Shown here one piece after another: positions 61,601 to 64,000 of a stretch of DNA of 64,000 nt. A model generated the notes under the pieces. That model saw nothing but the letters and a program-made list of their open reading frames with translations. It ran no database searches and had not been told where the DNA came from. Position 1 is the stretch's first letter; the number at the start of each line of letters is the position of its first letter. The position numbers were made by a program, and so were the translations under genes. This DNA comes from the human T2T-CHM13v2.0 reference genome, Homo sapiens. The stretch lies in assembly GCF_009914755.1 (NCBI RefSeq), contig NC_060929.1; one strand, written 5' to 3'.

Positions 61601-64000
61601 AGTTTTTATATGACGATATTTCCTTTTCTACCATGGGCATCCAAGCGTTCCAATTATCCAAGTGTAGATTGCACAAACAGAGTGTTTCAAAACTGCTCCA
61701 TGAGAAGGAAGATTCAAATTTGGGAGTACAATGCACACATCACGAAGAAGTTTCTGAGAATGCTTCTGTCCAGTTTATATGTGAAGATATTCCCATTTCC
61801 AGCAAAGGTCTCAAAGCGGTCCAAATGTCCACTTGCGGATCCCACAAACAGAGTGTTTCAAAACTGCTCTACGGAAAGGAATGCTCAACTCTGTGAGTTT
61901 ACTGCAAACATCCTAAGGAAGTTTCTTGGAATGCTGCTGTCTAGTTTAATGTGAATATATTTTCTTTTCCGCCATAGCCCTCAAAGAGCTCCAAACATCC
62001 ACTTTCAGATTCTACAGAGTGTTTCAAAACTGCTCTATCAAAAAAAAGTTTCAACTCGGTGAGTCGAATGCACATATCACAAAGCAGTTTCTGAGAATGC
62101 TTTCGTCTATTTTTCCCAGGAAGATATTTCCTTTTGGACCTTAGGCCTTAAATCGCTCCAGATATCCACATGCAGATTCTACAAAAAGAGTGTTTCCAAA
62201 CTGCCCTATCAAAAGGAAGGTTCAACCCTGGTAGTTGAATGCAAACATCACAAAGAACTTTCTCAGAATGCTTCTGTCTAGTTGTCATAGGCAGATATTT
62301 CTTTTTCTACCATAGGCCTCTAAGCGCTCCAAATATCCACTTGCGGATTCTCCAAAAACAGTGTTTCAAAACTGCTCCATAAAAAGGAAGGTTCAACTCT
62401 GTGAATTGAATGGACAGACCACAAAGAAGTTTCTGAGAATGCTTCTGTCTAGTGTTTATGTGAAGATATTCCCGTTTCCGATGAAGGCCTCAAAGCAGTC
62501 CAAATATCCACTTGCAGATTCTACAAAAATAGTGCTTCAAAACTACTCTATGGAAAGGTATGTTCAACACTGTGAGATGAATGCAAACGTCACAAAGAAG
62601 TTGCTGAGAATGCTTCAGTCTAGTTTCTATGGGAAGACATTTCCTTTTGCACCACAGCCCTCAAAGCACTCCAAATGTCTACCTGCAGATTCGATAAAAG
62701 AGTTTTACGAAACTGCTCTATCAAAAGAAAGGCTCAACGCTGTGAGTTGAATCTACATATCACGAAAAAGTTTCTGAGAATGCATCTATCTACTTTTTAT
62801 GTGAAGATATTCTGGTTTCCAACGAAGGCCTCAAAGCGCTCCAAATATCTACTGGCAGATTCTAGAAAAAGAGTGTTTCAAAACTGCTCTATTAAAGGAA
62901 GGTTCAACTCTGTGAGTTGAATTCACACATCACAAAGAACTTTCTGACAATGCTTCTATCTAGTTTTTATGTGAAGATATTACTGTTTCCTATGAAGGCC
63001 TCAAAGTGGTCCGAATATCCACTTGCAGATTCTACAAAGAGAGGTTTTCAAAACTGCTATATGCAGTGGTATGTTCAACTCTGTGAGTTGAATGCAAACA
63101 TCCCTAAGCAGTTTCTGAGAATGCTTCTGTCTAGTTTTTAGGGGCAGATATTTCCATTGGCACAATAGCCCTTAAAGCGCTCCAAATATCCACTGGCAGA
63201 TTCTACCAAAAGAGTGTTTCAAAACTGCTCTGTGAAAAGAAACGTTCAACTGTGTTAGGTGAATGCCCGCATCACAAAGAAGATTCTGAGAATATTTCTG
63301 TCTATTTTTTATTAGAAGATATTCCCGTTTCCACCAAAGGACACAAAGCGAAGCCAACTATCCGCTTGCTGATCTTACAAAAACACGTTTCAAAACTGCT
63401 CTATCAAAGGAAAGGTTCATCTCTCTGGGTTCAACGCACACATCACAAAGAAGTTTCTGAGAATGCTTCTGGCTAGTTTGTGTGTGAAGATATTCCCATT
63501 TCCAACAAAGGCTTCAAAGCCCTCCAAATATTCACCTGCAATTGTTCAAAAGAGTGTTTCAAAACTGTTCTATCAAAAGGAAGGTTCAACTCTGTGAGTT
63601 GAATGCACGCTTCACATAAATGGTTCTGAGAATGCTTCTTTCTAGTTTTTATGTGAAGATATTTCCTTCTCCACCATAGCCCTCAAAGCGCTCCAAGTGT
63701 CCGCTGGCAGATTCCACAGAAACAGTGTTTCAAAACTGCTCTAACAAAAGAAAGATTCAACTCCGTGATTTGAATGCACACATCACAAAGCATTTTCTGT
63801 GAATCCTTCTGTCTAGTTTTTATATGACGATATTTCCTTTTCTACCATGGGCATCCAAGCGTTCCAATTATCCAAGTGTAGATTGCACAAACAGAGTGTT
63901 TCAAAACTGCTCCATGAGAAGGAAGATTCAAATTTGGGAGTACAATGCACACATCACGAAGAAGTTTCTGAGAATGCTTCTGTCCAGTTTATATGTGAAG
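58630..64000. repeat. Divergent HOR subtype domain (3' part of U27, U28, U29)
   Basis: Dozens of substitutions relative to U1-U26 (e.g. ATATGACGAT, AATGTCCAC, GGAATGCTCAA, GGACCTTAGGCCTTAA, TACGAAACT, ATTCTGGT, CAGTGGTAT). U28 and U29 are nearly identical to each other. Confidence 0.92.

Larger units (their letters stand above)
1..64000 (-). repeat. Alpha-satellite (ALR/Alpha) higher-order repeat array, 13-mer of 2212-2214 bp, about 28.9 copies, running off both window ends
   Basis: The + strand repeats canonical alphoid motifs (CAAAGAAGTTTCTGAGAATGCTTCTGTCTAG, CCACTTGCAGATTCTAC, GTTTCAAAACTGCTC, GTTCAACTCTGTGAGTTGAATG) about every 170 bp. These are the reverse complement of the usual CATTCTCAGAAACTTCTTTG orientation. 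Near-identical blocks recur every 2212-2214 bp, and the ORF track shows the same period (2593, 4807, 7019, 9232 ... 62361). Confidence 0.99.
1..64000. other. Probable identity: inactive SF5 13-mer array of human chromosome 5 or 19 pericentromere (D5Z1/D19Z1-type)
   Basis: Inference from the 2214-bp 13-mer, one EcoRI site per unit, SF5-like monomer order and lack of intact CENP-B and pJalpha boxes. This matches my recollection of the chr5/chr19 13-mer. It was not confirmed by alignment, and chr5 versus chr19 cannot be resolved by eye. Confidence 0.7.

Noticed and set aside
71-63476. Recurrent 61-171 aa ORFs on both strands (e.g. MFQNCSIKRKVQLCELN..., MRIFPFLPRASK...) resembling a repeated gene cluster
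   Set aside because: They are translations of alpha-satellite monomers. They repeat internally every ~57 aa, overlap in several frames, appear or vanish with single SNVs or indels, and show no domain, splice or promoter context.
1-64000. CRISPR-like appearance of conserved motifs separated by variable stretches
   Set aside because: The variable parts are homologous diverged monomer sequence that repeats every 2214 bp, not unique spacers. There are no cas genes, and the DNA is primate satellite.
1-64000. Assignment as an active (kinetochore-forming) centromere core or as Y-chromosome DYZ3
   Set aside because: Live autosomal and X arrays have regular CENP-B boxes and SF1-3 monomer order. DYZ3 lacks boxes but has a much longer HOR of A-type monomers, whereas this 13-mer has six B-type remnants.
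1-64000. Synthetic or modelled array (e.g. GRCh38 centromere reference model)
   Set aside because: Long-range linkage of rare variants over multi-kb duplications and positional haplotype domains argue for real contiguous sequence. Some mosaic units still need read-level confirmation.

Overview
The whole 64-kb window is one uninterrupted, single-orientation primate (almost certainly human) alpha-satellite array. It is built from a 13-monomer higher-order repeat (HOR) of 2212-2214 bp, present as about 28.9 head-to-tail copies (about 376 monomers of 167-171 bp). Units U1-U29 start at 1, 2214, 4427, 6640, 8853, 11066, 13279, 15492, 17705, 19919, 22132, 24345, 26558, 28772, 30986, 33199, 35413, 37627, 39841, 42055, 44269, 46483, 48697, 50911, 53125, 55339, 57553, 59767 and 61981. 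The HOR mixes 7 A-type (pJalpha-like) and 6 B-type (CENP-B-like) monomers irregularly (AABABBABBAABA), as in suprachromosomal family 5 (R1/R2). Every CENP-B box is broken. Unit length, the single EcoRI site per unit and the lack of boxes best fit the inactive SF5 13-mer shared by chromosomes 5 and 19 (D5Z1/D19Z1-type); this assignment is from memory and was not searched. I see no genes, RNA genes, transposon insertions, inversions or monomer-number variants, and all listed ORFs are artefacts of the repeat. I find no support for a new coding system. The information lies in the array's internal history: a 20-unit derived-allele block flanked by the alternative allele, nested 1-, 2-, 3- and 4-HOR duplications, chimeric units, a sharp switch to a divergent subtype at about 58.6 kb, and two complementary half-dead CENP-B boxes four monomers apart.
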